64,000 nt of DNA. Origin: Escherichia coli (GTDB lineage Bacteria; Pseudomonadota; Gammaproteobacteria; Enterobacterales; Enterobacteriaceae). How positions within the stretch are numbered: position 1 is the first letter of the stretch; every line of letters starts with the position of its first letter. The translations under genes and the position numbers were made by a program. This document shows positions 40,066-55,373 of this stretch, piece by piece. The notes beneath the pieces are model-generated. The model was not told the DNA's origin. It searched no databases and saw only the letters and a program-made list of their open reading frames with translations. The stretch is taken from assembly GCF_003018115.1 (NCBI RefSeq), contig NZ_CP027457.1, one strand, 5' to 3'.

Positions 40066-40524
40066 TTATTCGATGGGTAAAGAAGTGGTGTATTTAATCT
40101 GTTCCATCGCGAAGCTGGAAGTGACGTCCGACAGCCCCGGCACGCTGTTTACCAGACGCTTATAAAACTCGTCGTAGCGTTTCATGTCGGCAACCTGGAC
40201 GCGCATCAGATAATCGTATTCACCGGCCATGCGCCAGAACCCCAGCACTTCTGGCATTTCGGTAACCACCGTGACAAAGCGGCAATACCATTCGCTGCTG
40301 TGATGTTGCGTTTTTATCAGCACAAAGGCGGTCAGGCCGAGGCCTATTTTTTCCGGATCCAGCAGGGCGACTTTGCCGATAAGGATACCGTCGTCCTCCA
40401 GCCGTTTCAGGCGCTTCCAGCAAGGGGTGGTTGTCAGATTAACGGCTTCAGCCAGTGCCTGCAAAGAGAGGGTGCAATCCTGCTGCAGTAAGGCCAGCAG
40501 CTTACGGTCAATTTTATCTAACAT
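40066..40524 (-). CDS. decR: Lrp/AsnC-family transcriptional regulator DecR (YbaO), 152 aa
   Basis: ORF 40066..40752 (-) trimmed to [48 protein letters not shown] (ATG 40524). Confidence 0.92.
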
Positions 40525-40676
40525 AGCCCTTCCACAGAGAATTTTTTTCTCTTTTAATTCTATTTTAAAGGTGAAATCGCGACAATTTATTCTGTGCGGT
40601 TTAAACACCACGGCACAAAATGACAAATTCAACGCAAAAAAAACCGGGCAATTGCCCGGTGCTGGAAGGGATCTCG

Positions 40677-41495
40677 TTATTCGGGGGAATAAGGTAGATG
40701 TGGATAGTCCAGCCAGTGCGTCAAATAGTGAGAGACAGCCTGATTTCGACAATGTCCAATCACCGGTAAATGCGGGAGCTCCGCGCGTAGTTGCGGCATC
40801 GCATTGCCCATAATAAATCCGCTACCGACGCTGCCTAACATTTCGCGATCGTTCATCGCATCACCAAAGGCCATGCAATCGCGCAACGATAAACCTAAAT
40901 GTTGGGTCAGCACCGTCAATGCAGCGCCTTTATTGCAGCCCACCGGCAGCACTTCGAGGCAATCCGTGGCGGAAAAACACAAATGTGCACGCTCGCCTAA
41001 TGCTTCGTATAGCTGGATCTGCAAGCGTGTAAGATCGTCGTGATCGCCACAGAAGCAGATCTTGGTGACGCTGCCGAGTGGCATTTTTTTGACATCGATT
41101 ATCTGATAACGAAAACCGCTATAGACAAATGCCTGCAACAACGCAGGGATCTCTTTCCCGGTAAACCAACCGTCGTCATTGAAGATATGCATGCTGGCTC
41201 GGGTATCCCATTGCTGATACAGCACCAGCTCCGCGACATCCGCAGGTAAATCATCACGATGTAAAAGTTCACCTTCCAGAGAATGCACGCGCGTTCCGTT
41301 GCCGGTAATCAAATATGCATCCAGCGATAGCGCCCCGAGAATATGCTGCATCTCCAGCGCATGACGCCCCGTGGCAAAAGTGAGGGTAATGTCGCGTTCA
41401 CGCAGTCGCGCCAAAGTAGAGAGGGTTTTCTCACCTAAATGATGGTCAGGCATCAATAAAGTTCCATCCATATCAAATGCTGCCAGACGAGCCAT
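40677..41495 (-). CDS. cof: HAD-family phosphatase Cof (HMP-PP phosphatase), 272 aa
   Basis: ORF 40677..41507 (-) trimmed to [14 protein letters not shown] (HAD motif I DxDGT); ATG at 41495. Confidence 0.93.
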
Positions 41496-41594
41496 TTCTT
41501 TCTCCACTCTGTGACACGGTTAATGGTGATTGAGTATCACCTGATATATACGGAAGTAATAGTGAATAGTTAAATAATATTGTTCCGGGTTTAT

Positions 41595-43295
41595 ATGCGA
41601 CTGCTCAACCGTCTTAACCAGTATCAACGTCTGTGGCAACCTTCAGCCGGAAAGCCGCAAACCGTCACCGTCAGCGAACTGGCCGAACGCTGTTTTTGCA
41701 GCGAACGCCATGTTCGTACGCTGTTGCGTCAGGCACAGGAGGCGGGATGGCTGGAGTGGCAGGCGCAGTCAGGACGCGGAAAGCGCGGACAACTACGCTT
41801 TCTGGTCACGCCAGAATCGCTACGCAATGCGATGATGGAACAGGCACTGGAAACCGGAAAGCAGCAAGATGTGCTGGAGCTGGCGCAACTGGCCCCAGGT
41901 GAGCTGCGCACTCTGTTACAGCCGTTTATGGGCGGACAATGGCAAAACGATACGCCCACGTTGCGTATTCCCTACTATCGCCCGCTCGAACCGCTACAAC
42001 CGGGCTTTTTGCCCGGCCGTGCCGAGCAGCATCTCGCCGGACAGATATTTTCCGGCCTGACCCGCTTCGATAATAATACCCAGCGCCCGATTGGCGATTT
42101 AGCGCATCACTGGGAAACCTCTGCTGACGGGTTACGCTGGGACTTTTATCTTCGTTCAACCCTACACTGGCATAACGGCGATGCAGTAAAAGCCTCACAC
42201 TTACACCAGCGATTATTGATGCTGTTACAACTGCCAGCACTGGATCAATTATTTATTAGCGTGAAGCGTATTGAGGTCACCCATCCGCAGTGTCTGACCT
42301 TCTTTTTACATCGCCCTGATTACTGGCTTGCGCACCGGCTGGCGAGCTATTGCAGCCATCTGGCGCATCCGCAATTCCCACTGATCGGCACGGGTCCTTT
42401 TCGCTTAACACAATTCACAGCGGAGCTGGTGCGCCTGGAAAGCCATGATTATTACCATTTACGTCATCCGCTGCTTAAAGCGGTTGAGTACTGGATAACT
42501 CCGCCGCTTTTCGAAAAAGATTTGGGAACCAGTTGTCGGCATCCCGTGCAAATCACCATCGGCAAACCGGAGGAGCTGCAACGGGTCAGCCAGGTCAGTA
42601 GTGGCATCAGTTTAGGTTTTTGCTATTTAACGTTGCGCAAAAGTCCCCAACTCTCCCTCTGGCAGGCGCGAAAAGTAATCTCCATTATTCATCAATCCGG
42701 TTTATTACAAACGTTAGAAGTCGGAGAAAACCTGATCACCGCCAGTCATGCATTACTGCCAGGCTGGACTATTCCGCATTGGCAAGTACCGGATGAAGTC
42801 AAACTACCGAAAACCTTGACGCTGGTTTATCACCTACCGATAGAACTTCATACCATGGCAGAACGCCTACAGGCGACACTGGCAGCGGAAGGCTGTGAAC
42901 TCACAATTATTTTTCATAACGCAAAAAACTGGGACGACACGACCCTACTGGCACACGCAGACCTCATGATGGGCGACAGATTAATTGGCGAAGCACCGGA
43001 ATATACTCTGGAGCAATGGCTACGTTGCGATCCACTGTGGCCACATGTTTTCGACGCTCCAGCATATGCCCATTTGCAATCGACACTGGACGCGGTGCAA
43101 GTAATGCCTGATGAGGAAAACCGATTTAATGCCCTGAAAGCGGTTTTTAGCCAGTTAATGGCAGACGCGACGCTGACGCCGCTATTCAACTATCACTATC
43201 GCATTAGTGCCCCTCCCGGCGTGAACGGTGTGCGACTGACACCGCGCGGCTGGTTTGAATTTACCGAAGCCTGGCTTCCCGCGCCGTCGCAATGA
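41595..43295 (+). CDS. ybaE: Solute-binding-protein-like protein YbaE with an N-terminal winged-helix region (566 aa)
   Basis: ORF 41580..43295 trimmed to ATG 41595 (MRLLNRLNQYQRLWQP); synteny. Confidence 0.9.
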   Translation: MRLLNRLNQYQRLWQPSAGKPQTVTVSELAERCFCSERHVRTLLRQAQEAGWLEWQAQSGRGKRGQLRFLVTPESLRNAMMEQALETGKQQDVLELAQLAPGELRTLLQPFMGGQWQNDTPTLRIPYYRPLEPLQPGFLPGRAEQHLAGQIFSGLTRFDNNTQRPIGDLAHHWETSADGLRWDFYLRSTLHWHNGDAVKASHLHQRLLMLLQLPALDQLFISVKRIEVTHPQCLTFFLHRPDYWLAHRLASYCSHLAHPQFPLIGTGPFRLTQFTAELVRLESHDYYHLRHPLLKAVEYWITPPLFEKDLGTSCRHPVQITIGKPEELQRVSQVSSGISLGFCYLTLRKSPQLSLWQARKVISIIHQSGLLQTLEVGENLITASHALLPGWTIPHWQVPDEVKLPKTLTLVYHLPIELHTMAERLQATLAAEGCELTIIFHNAKNWDDTTLLAHADLMMGDRLIGEAPEYTLEQWLRCDPLWPHVFDAPAYAHLQSTLDAVQVMPDEENRFNALKAVFSQLMADATLTPLFNYHYRISAPPGVNGVRLTPRGWFEFTEAWLPAPSQ

Positions 43296-43359
43296 ATAGC
43301 TGGTCCGGGTTAATCGCAGGCGTTACCATAACGCTTTTATTGTTCAAGCAGGATTATCT

Positions 43360-44055
43360 ATGAAACGTGCTGTCGTTGTGTTCAGTGGAGGCCAGGATTC
43401 CACCACCTGTCTGGTGCAGGCATTACAACAATATGATGAAGTCCATTGCGTGACGTTCGATTACGGTCAGCGCCATCGCGCAGAAATCGACGTGGCACGC
43501 GAACTGGCGCTGAAACTGGGGGCACGCGCGCATAAGGTTCTTGATGTAACGCTGCTCAACGAGCTGGCGGTCAGCAGCCTGACGCGTGACAGCATTCCGG
43601 TGCCTGATTATGAACCTGAAGCCGATGGCATCCCGAATACGTTTGTCCCAGGGCGTAATATTTTGTTCCTGACGCTGGCGGCAATATATGCGTATCAGGT
43701 AAAAGCAGAAGCCGTAATTACCGGCGTCTGCGAAACGGATTTCTCCGGCTACCCGGATTGCCGCGATGAGTTTGTGAAAGCACTAAACCATGCCGTCAGT
43801 TTGGGCATGGCGAAAGATATTCGTTTTGAAACGCCGCTGATGTGGATTGATAAAGCGGAAACCTGGGCGCTGGCAGATTATTACGGCAAACTGGATTTAG
43901 TCCGTAACGAAACGTTGACCTGCTATAACGGCATTAAAGGCGACGGTTGCGGTCATTGTGCGGCATGTAATTTACGCGCCAACGGTTTGAATCATTATCT
44001 GGCCGATAAACCGACGGTGATGGCAGCGATGAAGCAGAAAACCGGGTTGAAGTAA
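43360..44055 (+). CDS. queC: 7-cyano-7-deazaguanine synthase QueC (231 aa)
   Basis: ORF 43360..44055; PP-loop motif SGGQDS and C-terminal zinc-binding cysteines ([16 protein letters not shown]). Confidence 0.95.
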   Translation: MKRAVVVFSGGQDSTTCLVQALQQYDEVHCVTFDYGQRHRAEIDVARELALKLGARAHKVLDVTLLNELAVSSLTRDSIPVPDYEPEADGIPNTFVPGRNILFLTLAAIYAYQVKAEAVITGVCETDFSGYPDCRDEFVKALNHAVSLGMAKDIRFETPLMWIDKAETWALADYYGKLDLVRNETLTCYNGIKGDGCGHCAACNLRANGLNHYLADKPTVMAAMKQKTGLK

Positions 44056-44069
44056 TTATTCCGGGTGTC

Positions 44070-44094
44070 GCCGGATGCGGCTTGAGCATCCGGC
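44070..44094. repeat. REP-like palindrome / hairpin between convergent queC and fadM
   Basis: gccggatgcggc-ttgagc-atccggc; no clear U-tract on either side, so it is more REP-like than a canonical terminator. Confidence 0.55.
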
Positions 44095-44106
44095 ACCACA
44101 AAACGT

Positions 44107-44505
44107 TTACTTAACCATCTGCTCCAGCTTTTCGCGCAATTCCCCTTCCAGAGCTAATGCTTTCTGCGTTTTAAGATCAATACAAACAAAGGTAATAAGC
44201 GCATCCGCTACTACCTGCCCTTCCGGCTCCAGTGTAATGACCTGGCTTAAGATGCCGCTTTTACCGTTTAATTGCTGTAACTGGCTCGTAATGGTTAACA
44301 AGTCGCTTAATACCGCCGGACGACGATAATTAATATTGATATTCACCACCACGAAAGCGATGTTATGGGCCGTCATCCAGTGAAAACTGTCGCTATTTTC
44401 CAACCCATCCCAGCGGGCTTCTTCGAGAAATTCAAGGTAGCGGGCGTTGTTTACGTGCTGGTAAACGTCGAGATGATATCCACGAACTTTGATTTGTGTT
44501 TGCAT
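44107..44505 (-). CDS. fadM: Long-chain acyl-CoA thioesterase III FadM (YbaW), 132 aa
   Basis: ORF 44107..44505 (-); hot-dog fold thioesterase; recognised N-terminus MQTQIKVRGYHLDVYQHVNNARYLEFLEEARW. Confidence 0.94.
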   Translation of the reverse strand: MQTQIKVRGYHLDVYQHVNNARYLEFLEEARWDGLENSDSFHWMTAHNIAFVVVNININYRRPAVLSDLLTITSQLQQLNGKSGILSQVITLEPEGQVVADALITFVCIDLKTQKALALEGELREKLEQMVK

Positions 44506-44558
44506 AGCGCAATAACCTTACGTTGTTTTTATAAAAACTGTTATAAGTACAGAGGTCA

Positions 44559-45025
<467 letters not shown>

Positions 45026-45026
45026 G

Positions 45027-47004
<1,978 letters not shown>

Positions 47005-47130
47005 GGTGTAACAACACTCCGCTGTAGATGACTGTGTACCTCACGCAACGTATCGATGCGCGCAAAGGCCTATTGTGACAAGAAACGGGGGCAATTGTCA
47101 GCCCACAAGACACAGAAAGTCACCGAATAC

Positions 47131-47160
47131 AAATAAAAAAGGCACATCAGTAGATGCGCC
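47131..47160 (-). terminator. Rho-independent terminator downstream of hupB
   Basis: On the minus strand, hairpin ggcgcatctactgatgtgcc is followed by ttttttatttg. Confidence 0.8.
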
Positions 47161-47195
47161 CTTGAACTTCGTCACATCCCCACTGGGGACAACGC

Positions 47196-47468
47196 TTAGT
47201 TTACCGCGTCTTTCAGTGCTTTACCTGCACGGAAGCTCGGTACTTTAGCGGCAGCGATGGTGATCTCTTTACCGGTCTGCGGGTTGCGGCCAGTACGGGC
47301 AGCACGCTCTTTAACGGCAAAAGTACCAAAACCTACCAGTGCTACATCATCCCCTTCTTTCAGAGATTCAGTTACGGAAGCAATAATAGCATCTAACGCA
47401 CGGCCAGCCGCAGCTTTAGAGATATCAGCCCCTGCAGCAATCTTGTCGATCAATTGAGATTTATTCAC
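47196..47468 (-). CDS. hupB: DNA-binding protein HU-beta (90 aa)
   Basis: ORF 47196..47468 (-); recognised sequence [69 protein letters not shown]. Confidence 0.98.
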
Positions 47469-47607
47469 TCTTCTCTTCCTCTTTATAATTTATATCGCAC
47501 TTGAATCCTTCAAGGTACGAACGCGCAGCAGTTATATCAGGCCAGCCATCCCCTTACAACACCCCTTAATAAGGGCAAGCCCGATCCGCCATCTAACTTA
47601 GCGAGAC

Positions 47608-47647
47608 AAAAAAAGGCTGGCAAGCCCGAATTAGCCTGCCAGCCCTG
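47608..47647 (-). terminator. Rho-independent terminator downstream of lon
   Basis: On the minus strand, hairpin agggctggcaggc-taattc-gggcttgccagcc is followed by tttttttg. Confidence 0.8.
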
Positions 47648-47676
47648 TTTTTATTAGTGCATTTTGCGCGAGGTCA

Positions 47677-50031
47677 CTATTTTGCAGTCACAACCTGCAT
47701 GCCAGACGGTTCATTTTGCAGCGCCAGAGTCAGAACTTCCTCAATGCGCTTCACAGGATGAATGTCCAGATCGGCAATTACGTTGTCAGGAATCTCTTCC
47801 AGATCGCGTTTATTTTCGAACGGAATTAACACTGTTTTAATCCCGCCGCGATGCGCTGCCAGTAGTTTTTCTTTCAAACCACCGATCGGCAGTACCTGAC
47901 CACGCAGAGTGATCTCACCGGTCATTGCCACATCGGCACGAACCGGGTTACCGGTCAGGCAAGAAACCAGCGCGGTGCACATAGCAATACCAGCACTCGG
48001 ACCATCTTTCGGCGTCGCACCTTCCGGTACGTGGACGTGGATGTCGCGTTTTTCGTAGAAATCAGGGTTGATCCCCAGTTTTTCCGCACGCGCACGAACC
48101 ACCGTTAACGCCGCCTGAATGGACTCCTGCATCACTTCACCGAGCGAACCGGTATAGGTCAGTTTGCCTTTCCCCGGAACGCACGCGGTTTCAATGGTCA
48201 GCAAGTCACCGCCCACTTCCGTCCACGCCAGACCGGTTACCTGACCGACACGGTTTTCGTTATCCGCGCGTCCATAGTCAAAACGCTGAACACCGAGATA
48301 GTCATGCAGGTTATCGCCGTTAATTTCGATATGTTTTAATGACTTATCGAGCAGTAACTGCTTAACCGCTTTACGGCACAGTTTGGAGATTTCACGCTCC
48401 AGACCACGCACGCCCGCCTCACGGGTGTAGTAACGAATAATGCCGATAATGGCGCTATCGTCGACGGTCAGCTCACCTTTTTTCAGTGCATTACGTTCAA
48501 TCTGCTTCGGCAGCAGGTGACGTTTGGCGATGTTCAGTTTTTCATCTTCGGTATAACCGGAGAGGCGAATCACTTCCATACGATCCAGCAGCGGTGCCGG
48601 AATGTTCATGGAGTTCGACGTCGCGACAAACATCACGTCGCTGAGATCGTAATCCACTTCCAGGTAGTGGTCGCTGAACGCTACGTTCTGCTCTGGATCG
48701 AGCACTTCAAGCAGTGCAGAGGCCGGATCGCCTCGCATGTCAGAAGACATTTTGTCGATCTCATCGAGCAGGAACAGCGGGTTTTTCACGCCCACTTTCG
48801 CCATTTTCTGGATCAGTTTACCCGGCATAGAACCGATGTAAGTACGGCGGTGACCACGGATTTCCGCTTCATCACGCACGCCGCCCAGCGCCATACGGAC
48901 ATATTTACGCCCAGTGGCTTTGGCGATGGACTGACCCAGGGAGGTTTTACCTACCCCCGGCGGCCCTACCAGGCAGAGGATCGGTCCCTTGATTTTGTTG
49001 ACACGGCTTTGAACCGCAAGATACTCAAGGATTCGATCTTTCACGCGCTCCAGACCATAATGGTCGGTATCAAGGATTTCCTGCGCCTGACGCAGGTCTT
49101 TTTTGACCTTGCTGCGCGCATTCCACGGTACCTGTACCATCCAGTCGATATAACCACGCACTACGGTCGCTTCTGCCGACATCGGAGACATCATTTTCAG
49201 CTTCTGCAACTCTGCTTCCGCTTTCTCTTTTGCCTCTTTCGGCATCTTCGCCGCGTCGATTTTGCGCTTCAGGGCTTCGTTTTCGTCCGGCGCGTCGTCC
49301 ATTTCACCGAGTTCTTTCTGAATAGCTTTCATTTGCTCGTTCAGATAGTACTCACGCTGGGATTTCTCCATCTGCTTTTTAACGCGGTTGCGAATGCGTT
49401 TCTCAACCTGCAGCAGATCGATTTCCGATTCCATCATTGCCATCAGATATTCCAGACGTTCGTTAACGTCGGACATCTCCAGAACGGACTGTTTGTCAGC
49501 CAGTTTCAGCGGCATATGTGCAGCAATGGTATCCGCCAGACGCGCCGGATCGTCGATGCTATTCAGCGACGTCAGCACTTCTGGTGGGATTTTTTTGTTC
49601 AGCTTGATGTAGCCTTCGAACTGGCTGATTGCAGTACGCACCAGCACTTCCTGTTCTCGCTCATCAATGGTCGGCGACTCCAGATACTCCGCCTTCGCAG
49701 AAAAGTGTTCGCCATTGTCAGAGAGCGCAGAAATACGCGCGCGCTGTAACCCCTCGACCAGCACTTTGACGGTGCCGTCAGGCAGCTTCAGCATCTGCAA
49801 TATAGAGGCCACGGTCCCGACGGTGAAAAGATCGTTTACACCCGGCTCATCCGTTGAAGCTTCTTTCTGCGCGACCAGCATAATTTTTTTATCATGGTCC
49901 ATCGCCGCTTCCAGACAACGGATAGATTTTTCCCGCCCGACAAATAAGGGGATGACCATGTGCGGATAAACCACCACATCGCGCAGCGGCAATACGGGGA
50001 TTTCAATGCGTTCAGAACGCTCAGGATTCAT
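47677..50031 (-). CDS. lon: ATP-dependent Lon protease (784 aa)
   Basis: ORF 47677..50076 (-) trimmed to [18 protein letters not shown] (ATG at 50029-50031); Walker [10 protein letters not shown]; catalytic serine in PKDGPSAG. Confidence 0.97.
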   Translation of the reverse strand: MNPERSERIEIPVLPLRDVVVYPHMVIPLFVGREKSIRCLEAAMDHDKKIMLVAQKEASTDEPGVNDLFTVGTVASILQMLKLPDGTVKVLVEGLQRARISALSDNGEHFSAKAEYLESPTIDEREQEVLVRTAISQFEGYIKLNKKIPPEVLTSLNSIDDPARLADTIAAHMPLKLADKQSVLEMSDVNERLEYLMAMMESEIDLLQVEKRIRNRVKKQMEKSQREYYLNEQMKAIQKELGEMDDAPDENEALKRKIDAAKMPKEAKEKAEAELQKLKMMSPMSAEATVVRGYIDWMVQVPWNARSKVKKDLRQAQEILDTDHYGLERVKDRILEYLAVQSRVNKIKGPILCLVGPPGVGKTSLGQSIAKATGRKYVRMALGGVRDEAEIRGHRRTYIGSMPGKLIQKMAKVGVKNPLFLLDEIDKMSSDMRGDPASALLEVLDPEQNVAFSDHYLEVDYDLSDVMFVATSNSMNIPAPLLDRMEVIRLSGYTEDEKLNIAKRHLLPKQIERNALKKGELTVDDSAIIGIIRYYTREAGVRGLEREISKLCRKAVKQLLLDKSLKHIEINGDNLHDYLGVQRFDYGRADNENRVGQVTGLAWTEVGGDLLTIETACVPGKGKLTYTGSLGEVMQESIQAALTVVRARAEKLGINPDFYEKRDIHVHVPEGATPKDGPSAGIAMCTALVSCLTGNPVRADVAMTGEITLRGQVLPIGGLKEKLLAAHRGGIKTVLIPFENKRDLEEIPDNVIADLDIHPVKRIEEVLTLALQNEPSGMQVVTAK

Positions 50032-50114
50032 AGAGCTCTCTCTTAGTTTAATTTCCGCCAGGTAATCAGATGACACGACTGTGCTTCACGCCATCTATTA
50101 ACATGTACGTCAGT

Positions 50115-50149
50115 ATATGGGGATGTTTCCCCCACATTCAACGCCGAGA
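50115..50149 (-). promoter_or_regulatory. sigma32 heat-shock promoter of lon
   Basis: The minus strand reads tctcggcgTTGAAtgtgggggaaacatCCCCATATa, matching the sigma32 -35 and CCCCATnT -10, about 85 nt upstream of the lon ATG. Confidence 0.7.
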
Positions 50150-50151
50150 AT

Positions 50152-50187
50152 AGAGGAAAAATTAAAGGGGAGATAAAATCCCCCCTT
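50152..50187 (-). terminator. Terminator downstream of clpX
   Basis: On the minus strand, hairpin aggggggattttatctcccct is followed by ttaatttttcc. Confidence 0.65.
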
Positions 50188-50218
50188 TTTGGTTAACTAA
50201 TTGTATGGGAATGGTTAA

Positions 50219-51493
50219 TTATTCACCAGATGCCTGTTGCGCTTCCGGCTTGCCATAAATCAGCAACGGTTTGCTTTGACCATCAATTACCGACTCGTCG
50301 ATAACCACTTTTTCGACATCTTCCATGGACGGCAGATCGTACATGGTATCGAGCAGTGCGGCTTCTACGATGGAACGCAGGCCACGGGCACCGGTTTTAC
50401 GCGCCATCGCTTTCTTAGCGATAGCATCCAGCGCCTCGTCACGGAATTCCAGATCCACGCCTTCCAGATTAAACAGCGCCTGATACTGCTTGGTCAGGGC
50501 GTTTTTCGGCTCTTTGAGGATCTGAATCAGAGCTTCTTCGCTCAGTTCATTCAACGTTGCGACAACCGGCAGACGACCAATGAACTCAGGGATCAGACCA
50601 AACTTGATCAGATCTTCCGGTTCAACCTGCGCCAGCAGCTCGCCTTCGCTTGCTTTGTCGGACTTCGCTTTTACCGTCGCGCCAAAACCAATGCCGGAGC
50701 CGGTTTCTACACGATGGGAAATCACTTTATCCAGACCGGCAAACGCACCGCCACAAATAAACAGGATCTTAGAGGTATCAACCTGCAAGAATTCCTGCTG
50801 CGGATGTTTACGCCCACCTTGCGGTGGAACAGCAGCTACCGTACCTTCGATCAGTTTCAACAGTGCCTGCTGTACGCCTTCACCGGAAACGTCACGGGTA
50901 ATAGACGGGTTGTCTGACTTACGAGAAATCTTGTCGATTTCATCGATGTAGACAATCCCGCGCTGCGCTTTCTGTACGTCGTAATCGCACTTTTGCAACA
51001 GCTTCTGAATGATGTTTTCAACGTCTTCGCCCACATAACCGGCTTCGGTCAGCGTGGTTGCGTCGGCCATGGTGAACGGGACGTCCAGCAGGCGCGCCAG
51101 CGTTTCAGCCAGCAGCGTTTTACCGGAACCAGTCGGACCGATCAGCAGAATGTTACTTTTGCCCAACTCGACACCATTGCTGGTATCGCCGTTGCGCAGA
51201 CGTTTGTAATGGTTGTATACCGCGACCGCCAGCACTTTTTTCGCCTGTTCCTGGCCGATAACGTAATCGTCCAGGTGGTTACGAATTTCATGCGGCGTCG
51301 GTAGCGCACTGCGTTCACGATGCGGTGCAACTTCTTTAATCTCTTCGCGAATGATGTCGTTACATAAATCAACACATTCGTCGCAGATATACACGGATGG
51401 ACCGGCAATCAGCTTGCGCACTTCATGCTGGCTTTTGCCGCAAAAAGAGCAATACAGCAATTTGCCTGAGCCATCTTTGCGTTTATCTGTCAT
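50219..51493 (-). CDS. clpX: ATP-dependent Clp protease ATP-binding subunit ClpX (424 aa)
   Basis: ORF 50219..51493 (-); N-terminal C4 zinc finger (CSFCGK...CDEC), Walker A GPTGSGKT. Confidence 0.98.
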
Positions 51494-51618
51494 GGGTCAA
51501 AACCTCTTCTTTGTACTTTGTGCCGCACACGACGACGCAAATGCCATTCTCAGGCGCAAGCCGCTTACAGCGTTGTGCCGCCCTGGATAAGTATAGCGGC
51601 ACAGTTGCGCCTCTGGCA

Positions 51619-52242
51619 TCAATTACGATGGGTCAGAATCGAATCGACCAGACCGTATTCCACCGCTTCAGGGGCGGAAAGGAAGCGATCGCGCTCGGTA
51701 TCACGTTCAATCTGTTCTAATGATTGACCCGTATGAAGCGCCATAAGTTCATTCATACGCCCTTTAACTTTCAGAATTTCACGGGCATGAATTTCGATAT
51801 CGGTCGCCTGGCCCTGGTAGCCGCCCAACGGTTGGTGAATCATCACGCGCGAATTCGGCAGGCAAAAACGTTTACCTTTTGCCCCTGCGGTCAGCAAGAA
51901 AGCGCCCATCGAGGCCGCCTGGCCCATACAGATGGTGCTGACATCAGGCTTGATAAACTGCATGGTGTCATAGATAGACATCCCGGCAGTAATCACCCCG
52001 CCTGGAGAGTTAATGTACAGATAGATATCTTTTTCTGGGTTTTCTGCTTCCAGGAACAGCATCTGCGCCACAATCAGGTTAGCCATGTGGTCTTCAACCT
52101 GGCCAGTTAGAAAAATGACGCGTTCCTTAAGTAGACGAGAATAGATATCAAAAGAGCGCTCACCTCGTGAGGTCTGTTCAATGACCATCGGCACCAGCGC
52201 CATATGGGGTGCAAAGTTATCTCGTTCGCCGCTGTATGACAT
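51619..52242 (-). CDS. clpP: ATP-dependent Clp protease proteolytic subunit ClpP (207 aa precursor)
   Basis: ORF 51619..52242 (-); recognised N-terminus [38 protein letters not shown]; catalytic GQAASMG. Confidence 0.98.
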   Translation of the reverse strand: MSYSGERDNFAPHMALVPMVIEQTSRGERSFDIYSRLLKERVIFLTGQVEDHMANLIVAQMLFLEAENPEKDIYLYINSPGGVITAGMSIYDTMQFIKPDVSTICMGQAASMGAFLLTAGAKGKRFCLPNSRVMIHQPLGGYQGQATDIEIHAREILKVKGRMNELMALHTGQSLEQIERDTERDRFLSAPEAVEYGLVDSILTHRN

Positions 52243-52321
52243 TTCCGTCTCCTGGATAAAATTGAAAAAACCTGCTGTACCGATTGTAACCTTATGGACG
52301 GATTATCAGCTAGTCCCTGTG

Positions 52322-52354
52322 TTATGGGTACGGCATCACCATATTTCAAGCATA
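52322..52354 (-). promoter_or_regulatory. Putative sigma32-type promoter upstream of clpP
   Basis: The minus strand reads tatgCTTGAAAtatggtgatgccgtACCCATAAc, a CTTGAAA -35 with an imperfect CCCCAT-like -10; weaker match than at htpG and lon. Confidence 0.45.
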
Positions 52355-52421
52355 ACAATCTTTTGTTGTTACGCTAACACCGAAAGAGGCTTTTCGCACG
52401 GTTCCATGCAAAATTCATGAC

Positions 52422-52456
52422 AAAAAAAAGCCCACCACCTGGCGGTGACGGGCCTT
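52422..52456 (-). terminator. Rho-independent terminator downstream of tig
   Basis: On the minus strand, hairpin ggcccgtcaccgccaggtggtgggc is followed by ttttttttg. Confidence 0.8.
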
Positions 52457-52487
52457 TGTGCGAATTTAGCGCGTTATGCTGCGTAAA

Positions 52488-53795
<1,308 letters not shown>

Positions 53796-54129
53796 TCAAA
53801 AAATCACAGTGCTCGGTCAACTCTTACCCCGCAAGCACAGGTTGTTGGCTTCGCGGAACCGGGATGTTCTTATAATCAATCACATTCCCTGTTACCAGAA
53901 TCATCCCGAAAGCATTCAAATAGGACGCGGCATTATAGCGGCATCACTTTTATGAGTCGAGAACGGTTATTGCGCGCTGTCGCGTATTTTTTCACAATTC
54001 CCGGGCAATTTTCGTCTGAATGCTGGGCAAAAAGCGCAAAATCCAGACAAAACAAAACGGCCCGCAGGCCGTTTTTCATAAAATCTTTAGCAACATACTG
54101 GAAAAGCGCCGACAGTTGCAAATGCGTTT

Positions 54130-54447
54130 TTACGCGATGCTTCCTGCTCCACGACAGGGAGGAGAGGCAAAGACGGTGTCCTGCAACCCTTCCCACTCCT
54201 TAATAGTGTAAGTATGCAGAGCCAGCGCATGAACGGTAGTAGAGAGTTCCTCCGCTAAAGTACTGTAAATCATTCGATGACGATTCAGAAAACGTTCACC
54301 CGTAAAACGATCGCTGACCAGCACAACTTTAAAATGGCTTTCAGAGCCGGCTGGGACATTGTGACGATAGCTTTCATCCACTACTTCGAGGAATACGGGT
54401 TGGAACGCCGCCCTTAATTTTTCTTCTATCCGCTCACGTATCATCAT
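54130..54447 (-). CDS. bolA: Stress-induced morphogene/transcriptional regulator BolA (105 aa)
   Basis: ORF 54130..54480 (-) trimmed to [31 protein letters not shown] (ATG 54447). Confidence 0.93.
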
Positions 54448-54751
54448 GAAATATCTCCTCCGACAACGCTGAGATGTCATCCATCCCTTTAAATACTAGC
54501 CGCTTTTACCGTTTCCATTGCAGCTTAACAACAAATATTTAGGTTTCGTCCTGGTTTTTCCGTCAAGCGTATGAAGTTTACTGATTTAAAGATTGAAACA
54601 CAGGCCTCGCATCAGCGTTTCTTTTACCAGGGGCGATTATTTCGTCAACATGATGAATTTACATGCCTTACCTACTTCCCCTCGCCGTTGGCAATGTTAT
54701 GATGGCGGGAATTTTTACCAAACACGCTTAAGAGTCTCTGAGAGCCCGAAC

Positions 54752-55330
54752 ATGTTCAAAAAAATCCTCTTCCCGTTAGTTGCTCTGTTTATGCTTGCAG
54801 GATGCGCAAAACCGCCAACAACTATTGAAGTTTCCCCGACGATTACACTGCCACAGCAGGATCCAAGCCTGATGGGCGTCACCGTAAGCATTAATGGTGC
54901 CGATCAGCGTACCGATCAGGCGCTGGCAAAAGTCACCCGCGATAATCAAATCGTTACCCTGACCGCCTCCCGCGATCTGCGTTTCCTGCTGCAAGAAGTG
55001 CTGGAAAAACAGATGACCGCGCGTGGTTACATGGTTGGTCCGAATGGCCCGGTTAATCTGCAAATCATCGTTAGCCAACTGTATGCTGACGTGTCCCAGG
55101 GCAACGTGCGCTACAACATCGCTACCAAAGCGGATATCGCCATCATCGCTACCGCGCAGAATGGCAACAAAATGACCAAAAACTATCGTGCCAGCTACAA
55201 CGTTGAAGGTGCGTTCCAGGCCTCCAACAAAAATATCGCCGATGCGGTTAACAGTGTGCTGACCGATACCATCGCTGATATGTCTCAGGACACCAGCATT
55301 CACGAATTCATCAAGCAGAACGCGCGTTAA
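54752..55330 (+). CDS. yajG: Lipoprotein YajG (192 aa)
   Basis: ORF 54593..55330 trimmed to ATG 54752 (MFKKILFPLVALFMLAGCAKPP, lipobox LAGC). Confidence 0.92.
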   Translation: MFKKILFPLVALFMLAGCAKPPTTIEVSPTITLPQQDPSLMGVTVSINGADQRTDQALAKVTRDNQIVTLTASRDLRFLLQEVLEKQMTARGYMVGPNGPVNLQIIVSQLYADVSQGNVRYNIATKADIAIIATAQNGNKMTKNYRASYNVEGAFQASNKNIADAVNSVLTDTIADMSQDTSIHEFIKQNAR

Positions 55331-55373
55331 TTTCTGCCCTCTGGCCCGGTGCAAGCCGGGCCTGTAGACGCCC

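Noticed and set aside
48517-49749. 410-aa ORF antisense to lon
   Set aside because: Codon-aligned mirror frame of lon (offset from the lon stop is a multiple of 3); same codon-bias explanation.
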